From Thermococcus sp. (GTDB taxonomy: Archaea > Methanobacteriota_B > Thermococci > Thermococcales > Thermococcaceae): DNA of 64,000 nucleotides. Positions 9,313 through 19,630 of the stretch are shown piece by piece. Where the stretch lies: NCBI RefSeq assembly GCF_026991495.1, contig NZ_JALXBJ010000035.1:2512-66511 (forward strand). The letters run 5' to 3'. Below the pieces are notes generated by a model. It did not search any database. It worked only from the letters and a program-made list of their open reading frames with translations, and was not told the origin of the DNA. The position numbers and the translations under genes are program-made. Every line of letters starts with the position of its first letter. The first letter of the stretch is position 1.

Positions 9313-11140
9313 GCCTCAGCCTCCATGCGATGAGTGCGAGCAGGAAAAGAAGCGCCCCGCCGGCGTAGTAGTAGAGGTTCTCCCTGCCACCCGAGATGCC
9401 GTTCGGTATCTGGAGGTAGACGGTCTGGTTGAGGCTTTTGAAGCTGCCGTTTATTGTCAGGTAGGTTATCCTGACTGTTATGGGATACCAACCCGCCCTA
9501 ATCGTTCTGTTCAGCACCATGAAGTTTGTGCTGTCGTAGTCCATCGACTCAACGCTGCCTATGTAGCGCTCCCCGAGGGGAAAGAGACTCAGGTATGGTG
9601 AGCTCACAGAGACCGTAACCCCGCGCGCCGGGGCCTTTCCGTCGTTGGCGACGTCAACCTCGAAGCTGTACCTCCCGTCGCTCACCCAGACGTTTCCGAC
9701 GTAGGCCTTGAGCTTCGGCCGGCCCTCAACTTGGACACCGAAGGTAGCCTGCTCCTTGTAGGAAACCCCGTTTCCGTCCTCGTAGGTTATCACAGCGTAG
9801 AGCGGATAAACACCAGCTGAAACATCCTTGACTGCAAAGAAAAGCCTGCCCTCCACCGAGCGGTTTACGGAAAGGTTCCCGAAGTAGAGGGAGCTCTGTC
9901 TTCCCACGGGATATATGGAGGGCTGCTCACCGCTTTGGGAGCTCGGCAGGAGAGAGTAAGCCTGCTGCTCCTCATTGGGCTTGGTTGGGAGCAGCTCAAC
10001 GCGAACGTGATAGGCCGGTGCGTTTCCGGTGTTCTTGACCCTGAGAACCACGGTGAAGTTCGAACCCGGCTCAGCCGGACTTGGGAGGGTTGTGAAGCCC
10101 TCGATCGAAACCTTCGGACGGGTAAAGTCGTTCACGGGAATTCCAACCTGGAACTCATCCCTCCTGATGGCACCGCCCTCGCCAGCGTACTCGATCTGGA
10201 TGTAGAGCGGATACACGTCCGGCTTCAATGTCTTCGAGGCCACGAGGCTGAAGCTCAGCTCCGCGGAATGACCCGGGAAGAGCTCCCCTGTATAGCCAAC
10301 GGGGCCCTGGAGGTAGGAGGCGAATGGAAGATCGCTCTGGAAGGAGGGAATTACTATAGTGGGCAGGAGGGACTTCCTAACGGTCTCCTGAAGGCGGAGG
10401 ACCGGGCTTGAGTACAGGTAGACCTTAACGTACTTGGCGGCATCATCCCCTATGTTGCGGAGGGCAACCTTTAGACGGAAGGGAGCGCCGACCTCCACAG
10501 GGCTGAAACTGACGTTGGCGAGGATCACAACAGGCCCCTGGAGGAGCAGGTGGGTAAAGTACTTCGGGAAGAGAACCTTCATGTAGGCTTTTGAGTCGGT
10601 CACGTTGTAGATTATGAGCTCCATATCGTGCCAGAAGTGGGTTCCGGGCCCCATGCGGGAGTAATCGGTGGTTCCGTTGCTGTAGTACCTGAGGAAAACC
10701 CTCCCATCGCTCACGTTCAGGATCGAGATGAGGGTTCTTCCGTGGGCTATCGTGGTGTTGGCGTGGATTTCGCCGTAGAAGACAGAAACCGGGGCCGAGT
10801 AGAGGGCCAAAAAAGCCTCGGGACCGGTGGAAGAGTTCTCAACGTAGATGAGTTTAACCTTAAGGTCAGGGTAGGTGTAGGACTGACCCGGGGAGAGCGA
10901 GAAGTCAGTGGAGGTGAGGTTCCGGTTGTCAACGAGCCTGAAGAGCACCACTGGCTCCGCCCCGCTGTAAACGGCGCTGAGCATTGTTAGGGTGTAGTTC
11001 CCGAGCAAGAGCGATTCTCCCATACTGATGGCCCCGTGGAACACCTCGATGTAACCCCCGCCGCTTGAGCTCACCAGGTGAAGTGGAAGGGGGGACGTGA
11101 GGAGCACAGCGATCGTAATTACCAGCAGAGATCTCCTCAA
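9305..11140 (-). CDS. Secreted membrane-anchored beta-rich protein (COG1361 / S-layer-domain-like)
   Basis: Signal peptide, repeated ..V.N.G..A..V Ig-like modules, many N-x-S/T sequons, C-terminal TM followed by RRG. Confidence 0.75.
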   Translation of the reverse strand: MRRSLLVITIAVLLTSPLPLHLVSSSGGGYIEVFHGAISMGESLLLGNYTLTMLSAVYSGAEPVVLFRLVDNRNLTSTDFSLSPGQSYTYPDLKVKLIYVENSSTGPEAFLALYSAPVSVFYGEIHANTTIAHGRTLISILNVSDGRVFLRYYSNGTTDYSRMGPGTHFWHDMELIIYNVTDSKAYMKVLFPKYFTHLLLQGPVVILANVSFSPVEVGAPFRLKVALRNIGDDAAKYVKVYLYSSPVLRLQETVRKSLLPTIVIPSFQSDLPFASYLQGPVGYTGELFPGHSAELSFSLVASKTLKPDVYPLYIQIEYAGEGGAIRRDEFQVGIPVNDFTRPKVSIEGFTTLPSPAEPGSNFTVVLRVKNTGNAPAYHVRVELLPTKPNEEQQAYSLLPSSQSGEQPSIYPVGRQSSLYFGNLSVNRSVEGRLFFAVKDVSAGVYPLYAVITYEDGNGVSYKEQATFGVQVEGRPKLKAYVGNVWVSDGRYSFEVDVANDGKAPARGVTVSVSSPYLSLFPLGERYIGSVESMDYDSTNFMVLNRTIRAGWYPITVRITYLTINGSFKSLNQTVYLQIPNGISGGRENLYYYAGGALLFLLALIAWRLRRG

Positions 11141-11826
11141 ATTTCCTTCACCTCATACAGCTTACCGTCCCTTATCCTCAAAACTCTATCTGCCTCCCTG
11201 GCCACCTCGACGTCATGGGTGACCACAACGAACGTCGTCTTCTTCTTGCGGTTGAGGTTCTTCATCAGCTTCACTATCTCCCCCGATGCCTTCGTATCGA
11301 GGTTGCCCGTCGGCTCGTCAGCCAGCACTATGCTCGGCTCGTTCGCGAGGGCCCTCGCTATCGCTACGCGCTGCTGCTGACCGCCGCTCATCTCGGAGGG
11401 CTTGTGGGATGCAATGTCAGCTATACCCACCATCCCCAACAACTCCTCAGCGCGCTTGATCCTAACATCTGGTGGCTTTCCCGCGAGTATCATGGGGAGC
11501 TCAACGTTCTCAAGTGCAGTTAGTATGGGGATCAGATTGTAGTGCTGGAACACGAAGCCGATCTTCCTCAGCCTTATTTCCGAAAGCTCGTCGTCGCTTA
11601 ACCCAACCACATTGCGCCCCTCGACGTAGAGCTCGCCCGAGTCGGGCGTGTCGAGGAGGCCCAGTATGTTGAGGAGCGTTGTCTTTCCGCTGCCGCTCGG
11701 CCCGATGATGCCCACGAACTCGCCCCTGCCAATCTCAATGTTGGCACCTCTCAATGCAGGAACCGTGATTCCCTTTCCCATCGGGTAGCTCTTGTAGATG
11801 CCGAGGGCCTTCAGGACAGTCCTCAT
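11137..11826 (-). CDS. ABC transporter ATP-binding protein (LolD/MacB-like)
   Basis: GPSGSGKTT, MSGGQQQRVAIARALAN, ADEPTGNLD. Confidence 0.93.
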   Translation of the reverse strand: MRTVLKALGIYKSYPMGKGITVPALRGANIEIGRGEFVGIIGPSGSGKTTLLNILGLLDTPDSGELYVEGRNVVGLSDDELSEIRLRKIGFVFQHYNLIPILTALENVELPMILAGKPPDVRIKRAEELLGMVGIADIASHKPSEMSGGQQQRVAIARALANEPSIVLADEPTGNLDTKASGEIVKLMKNLNRKKKTTFVVVTHDVEVAREADRVLRIRDGKLYEVKEI

Positions 11827-11910
11827 GTGTTCCACTTCCCTTTGGACTTCTTAACCCTTTGCCCGGAAGCCCTAAATACATTGAGGGAGAAAAGTATTAC
11901 GGTGGGAAGG

Positions 11911-12750
11911 ATGTTCCGGAGGATCCTCTACCCAACTGATTTCTCGGATGTTTCGCTTCAGGCCCTCAGGGAGTGCGTCGTCGAGCTCGCGAGACTTGGG
12001 GCTGGAGAGCTTCACCTGCTCCACGTCATCGACATAACCGTGGTTGACTTCGAGGCCTTTGAGCTTGAGGAGGTTTACAAGCAGAGGATAGAAGAACTCG
12101 GGGAGGAACTCGGCGGCGATGGACTGACCGTAGAGACGGAGGTCAGGGTTGGGATACCATTCACGGAGATAGCCGAGTACGCCCAGGAGAAGAAGATCGA
12201 CCTGATAGTGATCCCGAGCGTCGGTGAGAACATCTGGAGGAGAATGTTCATGGGGAGCACTGCCTCAAACCTCGCGAGGGCGGCGAAAAAACCCGTCCTG
12301 ATACTCAAATACGTGGGGGAAGGGGGGAACTACAGGCCCACTTTTGGAGAGTGTGGGGAAATCTTCAAAAAGCCCCTGGTTGCCATAGACTTTTCAAAAT
12401 GCTCTCTTAGAGTAGTGCAGGCAGTGAAAGGGTTCGAGGAGCTCATAGATGAGCTTTTACTCCTTCATTCGGTGGACTACGGGAGGGTGAAGGACATAGA
12501 GAACAACATCGAGATAGCCAAGAGGAACCTGGAAAAGACGTTGAAGGCTTTTAAAGTGAAGGGGGAAGCGGGGGTCTTCGTCGGGACTGCGAGCTCGGCA
12601 ATCTTAGGAACCGCGATAGCCCGAAAGGCCAGCCTTGTAGTGATAGGAAAGAAAGGCAGAAGCTTCCTAAAGGATCTGATCCTTGGCTCAACGGCGGAGA
12701 GGGTCATGCGGGATGCAAGGATCCCGGTTCTGCTGGTACCCTGCGGATAA
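11911..12750 (+). CDS. Universal stress protein (tandem USP domains)
   Basis: MFRRILYPTDFS, GSTASNLAR..KPVL and GSTAERVMR..PVL. Confidence 0.9.
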   Translation: MFRRILYPTDFSDVSLQALRECVVELARLGAGELHLLHVIDITVVDFEAFELEEVYKQRIEELGEELGGDGLTVETEVRVGIPFTEIAEYAQEKKIDLIVIPSVGENIWRRMFMGSTASNLARAAKKPVLILKYVGEGGNYRPTFGECGEIFKKPLVAIDFSKCSLRVVQAVKGFEELIDELLLLHSVDYGRVKDIENNIEIAKRNLEKTLKAFKVKGEAGVFVGTASSAILGTAIARKASLVVIGKKGRSFLKDLILGSTAERVMRDARIPVLLVPCG

Positions 12751-12810
12751 GACCTCAGACTGGAACGGCTTCCTCACCGATCGGTAGCTACCCTGTTGGC
12801 ATCATCGGTC
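12751..12810 (-). ncRNA. Box C/D guide sRNA
   Basis: Minus strand reads GACC GATGA tgccaacagggtagcta CCGA tcgg TGAGGA agccgttccagt CTGA GGTC: C, D', C' and D boxes, 12-nt D guide, terminal GACC/GGTC stem. Confidence 0.75.
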
Positions 12811-12841
12811 CGTCCTCAATTTTGGAGGGGGCTTAATAAAC

Positions 12842-13429
12842 CTACTCCCTCTTGCTCTCACCGGTCATCACAGCCGAGGCTATTATATGGGCAAGCCTCA
12901 GAGGCTCGGGAATCAGGCCGTTGGCGGTGGTAACGCGGACTATCTCCGCCGCGGTTTCCAGGTCAACGCCAACGGATTGGACGTAGAGCTTACCGGGGAT
13001 AAGCTCGGAGAGCGGAGGAGCGCTCCTGAGGAGTTTTATTCTCCTCTCGGAGTCAGGGAAGTGCTTTCTCAGGGCCTCTTCCATGGCCCTCAGGTTCGGT
13101 CTCTTCCTCACAACGACCACAACGGGAAGGCCCGTCTCCCTATGGAGCCTCCCGAGATCCACGATGTTGAATCCGGCGTAGGTCACGCCCTTGAGCATTA
13201 TCACCCTCAGATCCTTAAACCGCGAGTTCAGAATGGCGTCCACCATGGCCTCGGTTGCGTCCCAGCCGTCCACGCTTATCCACCTTGAGAGGACGCCGAC
13301 CACCTCAAGCGCGCCCTTCATCACAACGCCCACTAAGAGCGTCCTCCCGCCCCCGAGCTTGTCGGAGAAAGAAAAGGTCCCGTCGTCAAAGCCTATGACC
13401 CGTATCTCCCTCTTGACCTTCCTTATCAT
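12842..13429 (-). CDS. DUF99 / UPF0215 family protein (endonuclease V-like)
   Basis: [36 protein letters not shown]. Confidence 0.85.
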   Translation of the reverse strand: MIRKVKREIRVIGFDDGTFSFSDKLGGGRTLLVGVVMKGALEVVGVLSRWISVDGWDATEAMVDAILNSRFKDLRVIMLKGVTYAGFNIVDLGRLHRETGLPVVVVVRKRPNLRAMEEALRKHFPDSERRIKLLRSAPPLSELIPGKLYVQSVGVDLETAAEIVRVTTANGLIPEPLRLAHIIASAVMTGESKRE

Positions 13430-13737
13430 GAGAGGACTTCCTCCAGCCACTTGGCGTACTCACTGTTTACGCGGTCGACGTCTATGCGGAGTATCAGGGG
13501 GACTTCGTAGGGGTGCAACTCCCTCAGGGACTCCTTCAGCGCCTTCCACTTCTCAACCGCGGTTTTGAGTATCGCTCCAACCTCCCTCTCCTCCCTGATC
13601 TCCCCCTTCCAGGTGTAGATGGACTCGTGCTCGCGCAGGTTGGCGCAGGCTATGAGCTTCCTGTGCAGAAGCTCCCTGACGATGCCCTTGGCGGTCTCCA
13701 TATCCGGGAAGGTTGTGTAAACGAACACCATCTCCAT
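13426..13737 (-). CDS. cutA: Divalent-cation tolerance protein CutA
   Basis: [28 protein letters not shown]. Confidence 0.92.
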   Translation of the reverse strand: MEMVFVYTTFPDMETAKGIVRELLHRKLIACANLREHESIYTWKGEIREEREVGAILKTAVEKWKALKESLRELHPYEVPLILRIDVDRVNSEYAKWLEEVLS

Positions 13738-13806
13738 CGGCATCCCCCAACATATAACCGCGGGAAAGCTTAAATTAGTAACGGAAAAACATATATGGGA
13801 CGTGAT

Positions 13807-14088
13807 ATGGGAGAGGGAAGGATCAGAGCCCATCTAAAAATATACGGAAGGGTTCAGGGGGTTGGGTTCAGGTGGAGCATGCAGAGGGAGGCTAAGAAGC
13901 TCGGAGTCCACGGATGGGTGAGGAACCTCCCTGATGGAACAGTAGAGGCTGTGGTGGAGGGGGAGCCGGAGAGGGTTGAGGCCCTCATCGGCTGGGCCCA
14001 CCAGGGGCCCCCGATGGCAAGGGTCACGAGGGTCGAGATCAGATGGGAGGAACCGGAGGGGATCTACGGCTTCAGGGTCACTGGTTAG
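13807..14088 (+). CDS. acyP: Acylphosphatase
   Basis: [29 protein letters not shown]. Confidence 0.95.
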   Translation: MGEGRIRAHLKIYGRVQGVGFRWSMQREAKKLGVHGWVRNLPDGTVEAVVEGEPERVEALIGWAHQGPPMARVTRVEIRWEEPEGIYGFRVTG

Positions 14089-14668
14089 CCAGCTTCTCAA
14101 GGAGGATCCTCTTGGGACAGTACTTGACCTCGCAGTAGTTGCAGACGTACTTCTCCTTATCCCTCTCCGGGGTGCGGATTATGAGCTTCTTGAAGCCCTC
14201 TATCTCCTTTATCTTTACAAAAACCTCAACCGGGAGGGTGCCGTCCACCACAACGTAAAGCCTGCTGGGCTCTTCCCTGAGGTTTCTGCTGAAGACCTCC
14301 ACTATTGGGACCCTGTGCCTGTTTAGGAGGTCGAAGACCTGGGCGAGCGAGCTGGAGTAGCGCCCCTTGTCGAGCTCTATCTCAAGCACCTCCCATCCCA
14401 TTATAGGGGCCACGTCGATCAGCCCGGGGAGGGGGTTGAGGCTCGCGAAGATGAGCCTGAGGGGGTAGGTCTTCTCTATGTATTCTATCGTGTGGTAGAT
14501 TATCTTCCTGTTCACGCCTATGACCCTGGCCAGCTCGCTTATCGGAACCTCAACGTCCTTCAGATAGATCCTGCCGTTCTTAACCCTAAGGCCGTTCTCA
14601 AAGAGGAACTCGGCCACCTTCCTTCTCGCGGGGTAGTTCTTGAAATAATAGTCAAGTATTAGCATCAT
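14078..14668 (-). CDS. Regulator with ACT-like domain (COG2150-type) and C-terminal CxxC..C motif
   Basis: [31 protein letters not shown]-like segment, terminal CNYCEVKYC. Confidence 0.7.
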   Translation of the reverse strand: MMLILDYYFKNYPARRKVAEFLFENGLRVKNGRIYLKDVEVPISELARVIGVNRKIIYHTIEYIEKTYPLRLIFASLNPLPGLIDVAPIMGWEVLEIELDKGRYSSSLAQVFDLLNRHRVPIVEVFSRNLREEPSRLYVVVDGTLPVEVFVKIKEIEGFKKLIIRTPERDKEKYVCNYCEVKYCPKRILLEKLANQ

Positions 14669-14775
14669 CTTTGTCCACCTCTTACACAAAAATGAGTAGG
14701 AGTGGATATTTAAGCTTTTCTGCCCAACGAAAGCGTTTTATTCAGGTTGCCCCCAATAAGGCCGGTGCACTCAGG

Positions 14776-15948
14776 ATGATGGATCCCTTCGGGGCGCGGG
14801 CCAGGGAGATAATAGGGGAGTTCGGTGGAATCGAGGACTTTTTGATGAAAATACCCATGTACACAACCGTAGAGGAGGCCTTAGAGAGAATAACCTGGGA
14901 GGACGAGCCTCCAGAGGAGGTCGTTGAGCTGGACGACATCAGGGACCTCATGTCCTTCTACGCGCTGTTAGGTGCCCTCTCCCACTCCCCCTACGGACTG
15001 GAGATGGAGCTCGTCAGGGATAAGAACTTGGTGATATACGTCAAAAGGCTCTCAAAGGGATCCTTTGAGGGACTCTCAATAAACGTCAGGCGGATTAAAG
15101 AGGGGGAGATACCGGAGAAGGACAGGCTCATACTCGAAAAGCTCAGGTACAGGGAGATAGGGGACGATGAGAGGGAGAAGCTCAGGATAGGCTACAAGAT
15201 GTGGCTCAGGCACTTCCTTCCCCTCTGGGATGGAAGCCTTAGGGAGATCTACATCCGCAACAGCTGGGCCTACCTCCGGCGCGAGGAGGTGATCGAGGTC
15301 TGGAAAAAGGCCTACGAGAGGAGTTTTGAGAGGGCCGTGACGATCCTCTACGACATAAGGGACGAGCTGCCCGAGTTTTATGACGAACTGTACTCCCGCA
15401 TAAAGAGCGTTGCGGAGGAGAAGTTCAAGGAGAGGTTCAAGCTCGGGGGCGTGAGCGCCGGCCCGCTGAGGTTTGACCTGTTCCCGCCCTGCGTGAAGAA
15501 AGCCCTCGAAGGCGTCGGTAGCGGCATGAGAAACTACGCCATAACCGTCCTCCTGACGAGCTTCCTGAGCTACGCGAGGATCTGCCCCACCCCCCCATCC
15601 AAGAACATCAGGGTAAAGGACTGCATAAAGGACATCTCGATCCTGGAGAAGGAGGTGCTGCCCGTTATAATCGAGGCCGGGAACCGCTGCAAGCCGCCCC
15701 TCTTCGAGGACCAGCCAAACGAGATAAAGAACATCTGGTACCACTTGGGCTTTGGCTTCACCGAGAGACCGTCCCTTGAAGACAGCGGAAACTCCACATG
15801 GTACTTCCCCCCCAACTGCGATAAGATAAGGGCCAACGCTCCGGAGCTCTGCAGACCGGACAGGTACTGCAGGGGAATAAAGAACCCCCTGACGTATTAC
15901 CTGAGGAGGCTGTACTTGGAGAGGAAGGGAGGGGGAGAGGGTGGCTGA
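14776..15948 (+). CDS. priL: DNA primase large subunit
   Basis: FPPCVK, YFPPNCDKI, LCRPDRYC..KNPL Fe-S cysteines; overlaps priS. Confidence 0.95.
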   Translation: MMDPFGARAREIIGEFGGIEDFLMKIPMYTTVEEALERITWEDEPPEEVVELDDIRDLMSFYALLGALSHSPYGLEMELVRDKNLVIYVKRLSKGSFEGLSINVRRIKEGEIPEKDRLILEKLRYREIGDDEREKLRIGYKMWLRHFLPLWDGSLREIYIRNSWAYLRREEVIEVWKKAYERSFERAVTILYDIRDELPEFYDELYSRIKSVAEEKFKERFKLGGVSAGPLRFDLFPPCVKKALEGVGSGMRNYAITVLLTSFLSYARICPTPPSKNIRVKDCIKDISILEKEVLPVIIEAGNRCKPPLFEDQPNEIKNIWYHLGFGFTERPSLEDSGNSTWYFPPNCDKIRANAPELCRPDRYCRGIKNPLTYYLRRLYLERKGGGEGG

Positions 15949-16975
15949 GCTCTTCAGGGAGATAAGCCCGGAGGAGAGGAAGCTCTTCTACAGCAGGGAA
16001 TGGAGCGAGAAGAAGATACCGGACTTCATAATCGAGACCCTTGATAAGAGGGAGTTCGGCTTCGATCACAACGGCGACGGCCCGAGCGACCGGAAGAACC
16101 AGTTCGAGGACGTTAGAGATCTCGCGGACTACATCCGGGCGGTCTCTCCCTACGCCATCTACTCGTCCGTGGCCCTCTACGAAGAACCGCGTGAGATGAG
16201 GGGGTGGCTCGGGGCGGAGCTGGTCTTTGACATCGACGCAAAGGATCTTCCCCTCAGGAGGTGCCTTGAGATTCATCCCTCGGGCCAGGTCTGTCCCCTC
16301 TGCATCGAGGATGCTAAGGAACTCGCAAGGGACACGCTGGTGATTCTGAGGGAGGACTTCGGCTTTGAGGACGTCCACGTGGTCTACTCCGGGAGGGGCT
16401 ACCACATAAGGGTGCTCGACGACTGGGCCGTGGATCTCGACTCCAAGGCCAGGGAGAAGGTGCTGGCCTACGTCACGGCATCCGAGGAGGTAACCTACGA
16501 CGACATCGAAAGCAGGAGGATAATGCTGTCGAGCGGCTACTACAGGGTGTTCAGACTGCGCTTCGGCTACTTCATAAGGAGGATAAACGCGAACCACCTC
16601 CAGAACCTGGGGTTAAACAGGGGACAGGTGCGCAGGATAATTGAGAACCGGGAGGAAATATACGAGGGTTTTGTCAAAAAAGCGCTCCTGACGGCTTTTC
16701 CAAGTGGAATCGGCTATAAAAGTCTCCTGAGGCTCTTCGCCCTATCAAGCACTTTCTCAAAGGCCTACTTCGATGGAAAGGTCACGATAGACGTGAAGAG
16801 GATACTCAGACTGCCCTCAAGCCTCCACTCCAAGGCCGGCTTTGTAACAACCCACATTGGGAGCGATGAGGGCAAACTCGAGAGGTTCAACCCGTTCAGG
16901 GACGCCGTTCCAAGGTTCAGGAGGAAGGAGGTCGGGGAGGCGTATAAGGAGTGGCTTGAGGAGCACGGCCAATGA
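15941..16975 (+). CDS. priS: DNA primase small (catalytic) subunit
   Basis: KREFGF, ELVFDIDA, YSGRGYHI, DVKRILRLPSSLH. Confidence 0.97.
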   Translation: MAELFREISPEERKLFYSREWSEKKIPDFIIETLDKREFGFDHNGDGPSDRKNQFEDVRDLADYIRAVSPYAIYSSVALYEEPREMRGWLGAELVFDIDAKDLPLRRCLEIHPSGQVCPLCIEDAKELARDTLVILREDFGFEDVHVVYSGRGYHIRVLDDWAVDLDSKAREKVLAYVTASEEVTYDDIESRRIMLSSGYYRVFRLRFGYFIRRINANHLQNLGLNRGQVRRIIENREEIYEGFVKKALLTAFPSGIGYKSLLRLFALSSTFSKAYFDGKVTIDVKRILRLPSSLHSKAGFVTTHIGSDEGKLERFNPFRDAVPRFRRKEVGEAYKEWLEEHGQ

Positions 16976-17594
16976 ACGGAAAAGCTGAAATAGCCATCTC
17001 GATGCTCATCTGGGGGAGCGTGGGCATATTCGGGCGGTTCTCTGAGCTGTCGGGGGCGGGCGTGGCCTTCGCCAGGGTTTCCCTCGGGTTCCTCCTTCTC
17101 GCCCTTATAATACGCCTGTTTGAAGGGGAGAATCTCAGTGAAATCCCAAAAACGTTAGGGGAGAGATGGAGGCCCCTTCTCGGCCTCGGCGCCGCGCTGG
17201 CCTTCAACTGGGCCTTCCTATTCACCGCCTTCAACTACACGAGCATAGCGAACGCGATCCTCGTCTACTACACCGCCCCGATACTGGCAACGCTCCTCTC
17301 GTGGCGCTTCCTTGGGGAGAGAATCTCCGGGAGAAGGTGGGCGCTCATAGGGCTGGCCTTTCTTGGATTGGCGCTGATAGTAAGCGGCCAGAGGTTAAGC
17401 CTCAACGACAGGGACTTCGTTGGGGTAATCTTGGCCTTCACAGCGGCGCTCTTCTATGCGCTGATCCCGAACTTCGGCCGCTCCCTCAGGGAAGTTGATG
17501 GAAAGCTTTTAACGCTCCTCCAGCTCGGGTTAGAACCCTAATCGGAGGGGCGCTGATACTCTTAGCTTCCGCTTTAGACGTTCTGAGAAGGTGA
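16972..17594 (+). pseudogene. EamA/DMT transporter with internal deletion and frameshift
   Basis: The ORF stops at 189 aa (..LQLGLEP*). An EamA-like C-terminal helix VRTLIGGALILLASALDVLRR* follows in another frame at 17529-17594. Confidence 0.75.
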
Positions 17595-17920
17595 GGTGAG
17601 GGGGCCGTAGCCCGCCTTCTGTATGGAGGGGGCATTCGACTGAGCGGCCTACCACGGGGCTCGCACCGGGAACTCATCGCCCCTCCCTCGGCCTTGCACC
17701 CCGCGGGACGGCCGTTTCACCGCATCCCCCGGGATAGTCTGCGGGTTAGCTCGGGCGCCGTCGCCGGGCCCTTCGCACGCGTCATCCACATCCCCCGGGG
17801 GCCGTGTCGTTTCTGCGCCGTTGCCCGGCCTCTCGGCCGGTGCCTTGCGGCACCGCGGCCCCGGTGAGGTGGGCGGAACTTCCTCGGGAGTACCCCGGGA
17901 GCCCCCGGCCCCCTCGCCAA
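17594..17920 (-). ncRNA. rnpB: RNase P RNA (archaeal type A)
   Basis: Minus strand GAGGAAGTTCCGCCC, AACGGCGCAGAAAC, GCGGTGAAACGGCC, CAGAAGGCGGGCTA; P1 pairing GGCGAGGGGGCC/GGCCCCCTCACC. Confidence 0.97.
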
Positions 17921-17952
17921 GTGATGTTTGAGGGAGGGAATAAAAAGCTTGC

Positions 17953-19569
17953 TCACTTCCTCCTCTTGGGGAGCTCCCTGTTCTCCACGAATTTAGGGAG
18001 CTTGGGCCTCTTGAACCTCCCGAGGGGAGAGCGGCGCTTAGGTTTGGGTCTTGAGCGCGGCTTCCTCGCACGCTCCCACGGATTGAGTGGCTCTTCCTTG
18101 CCCCCCGAGAAAAGGAAGATACCAATCGCCACTGCGATGGCTATTAGGGCCCCAGCTATTAAGGCCAGGCTACTCCTTCCCCCGCTCACCCCCCCTGTTG
18201 TGTTCGCTGGGCTCGTGGGGGATGTTGAGGTTACCGGAACGTTGGCCGGTGGTATGAACAGGGAGCCGTTCCAGGTGTCGAAGACCCCTTCCCTGCCAGA
18301 GAGGTAGACCGAGACACCGTAGGTCTTGTTCTTGGGGAGGACGAAGGAGAATGACTCCAAGCTGAGCCCCGGCTGGAGAGTCAGAGCCCTTGAATCGGAT
18401 ACAAGTGTCACGTTGCCGGAGGTTACAGCGTAGTAGAGGGACACCGGGAAAGGAACGGGGTTGGGGTTCATAAGGGACACGTCCATCCTCACCCTCTCTC
18501 CCCCGAAGGAGAATGAAACGTTTGCTATGGATGGGTAGCTCATGACCGTATAAGAGGCGGACGCGGTCGCTATGGTGACCCCACCGTACGCCAAGGACAC
18601 CTCAACCAGCGCGTTTCCAGAAACGTTCGTTGGCAGGGTGATCTCAAGGATCTCGGTGCCCGGGGAGACGCTCACTTTGAAAGACCGCCTGAAAACCACG
18701 CTACCAGCGGTCACCGAGTACGTGACGTTGAGGTCAATGTCTCTCTCAGCCCCCAGGGTCAGGTAGCCCTTGAGCCCGGCTCCAAGGAGGACGGTTTTCG
18801 AGCTCAGGCTGAAGTTGACGATGCCAACACCCTTAGAAACGTAGAAGGGGAACACTTTAACCTCAGAGCCCCTGAGGGAGCTCACATTAAGAACCGCCCT
18901 ATATGTGCCTGGGCTCCAGTTCCAGCCCACTGGGATCCTAAACGAGAGCGTGTGCAAGCCGGGTTCGATAACCTTAGAGCCCCCGAAGGAGAGAACCGAT
19001 GAGCCGTTCTTAATTACGGAGAGGCTGTAGGATATCCCCTCCGGATACGCGTTGAGGTTCACGACCTCGGCGGTTAGAAGGAGGGTCTCGCCGTTAAAGG
19101 GGTTTTTAGAATCCGGTCTCTGGAGAACGTAGCCGCTGAGCTTTCTGAGCTCCACGGGGTTTTTCTTCACCACTACTGGAACGGTGAGGACGAGGCTGAG
19201 TATTGAGCCGTTCTCTGCCATCGCCCGGAATCTGAGACTGAGGGAGTAACGACCGGGCGAGGCGTCAGCTGGAACCCGTATCCGGTAGGGAACAACCTGG
19301 GACTCCCCGGCCTTCCAGTTGTTGAAGATCGTGTAGCCCAAGGAGAGCGAGAGGTTCAGGGAGCCGTTGACGGAATAACCCGTGTAAACGACCACGGAGA
19401 GGTTCAGGCCTGCGCTGTTCACGACGGTCATGTTGCCGGATAGAAGCTCTCCCGGCACCAGCACAAGGCGCTCACCAGTATAGAGGCCCGACGACTGTAA
19501 AGCACTGGTTCCGGGGGCTAAGATGGTGAGAAAGAGCAGAAGCGTTATCAGGGAGCCCCTCAGCCTCAT
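17953..19569 (-). CDS. Large secreted membrane-anchored beta-sheet protein with a basic cytoplasmic tail
   Basis: Signal peptide, many N-glycosylation sequons, S/T linker, TM, then PWERARKP..KRRSPLGRFKRPKLPK tail. Confidence 0.7.
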   Translation of the reverse strand: MRLRGSLITLLLFLTILAPGTSALQSSGLYTGERLVLVPGELLSGNMTVVNSAGLNLSVVVYTGYSVNGSLNLSLSLGYTIFNNWKAGESQVVPYRIRVPADASPGRYSLSLRFRAMAENGSILSLVLTVPVVVKKNPVELRKLSGYVLQRPDSKNPFNGETLLLTAEVVNLNAYPEGISYSLSVIKNGSSVLSFGGSKVIEPGLHTLSFRIPVGWNWSPGTYRAVLNVSSLRGSEVKVFPFYVSKGVGIVNFSLSSKTVLLGAGLKGYLTLGAERDIDLNVTYSVTAGSVVFRRSFKVSVSPGTEILEITLPTNVSGNALVEVSLAYGGVTIATASASYTVMSYPSIANVSFSFGGERVRMDVSLMNPNPVPFPVSLYYAVTSGNVTLVSDSRALTLQPGLSLESFSFVLPKNKTYGVSVYLSGREGVFDTWNGSLFIPPANVPVTSTSPTSPANTTGGVSGGRSSLALIAGALIAIAVAIGIFLFSGGKEEPLNPWERARKPRSRPKPKRRSPLGRFKRPKLPKFVENRELPKRRK

Positions 19570-19630
19570 ACTACCACCCAAGAGTCTTAACGGCTCTCTT
19601 TGAGTCCAGGAGCTTAAAAAAGTTTCGAGA

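Noticed and set aside
17649-18125. ORFs across the GC-rich 17.6-17.9 kb stretch; also 27-302 and 3920-4300
   Set aside because: They overlap the RNase P RNA, SRP RNA and tRNA genes
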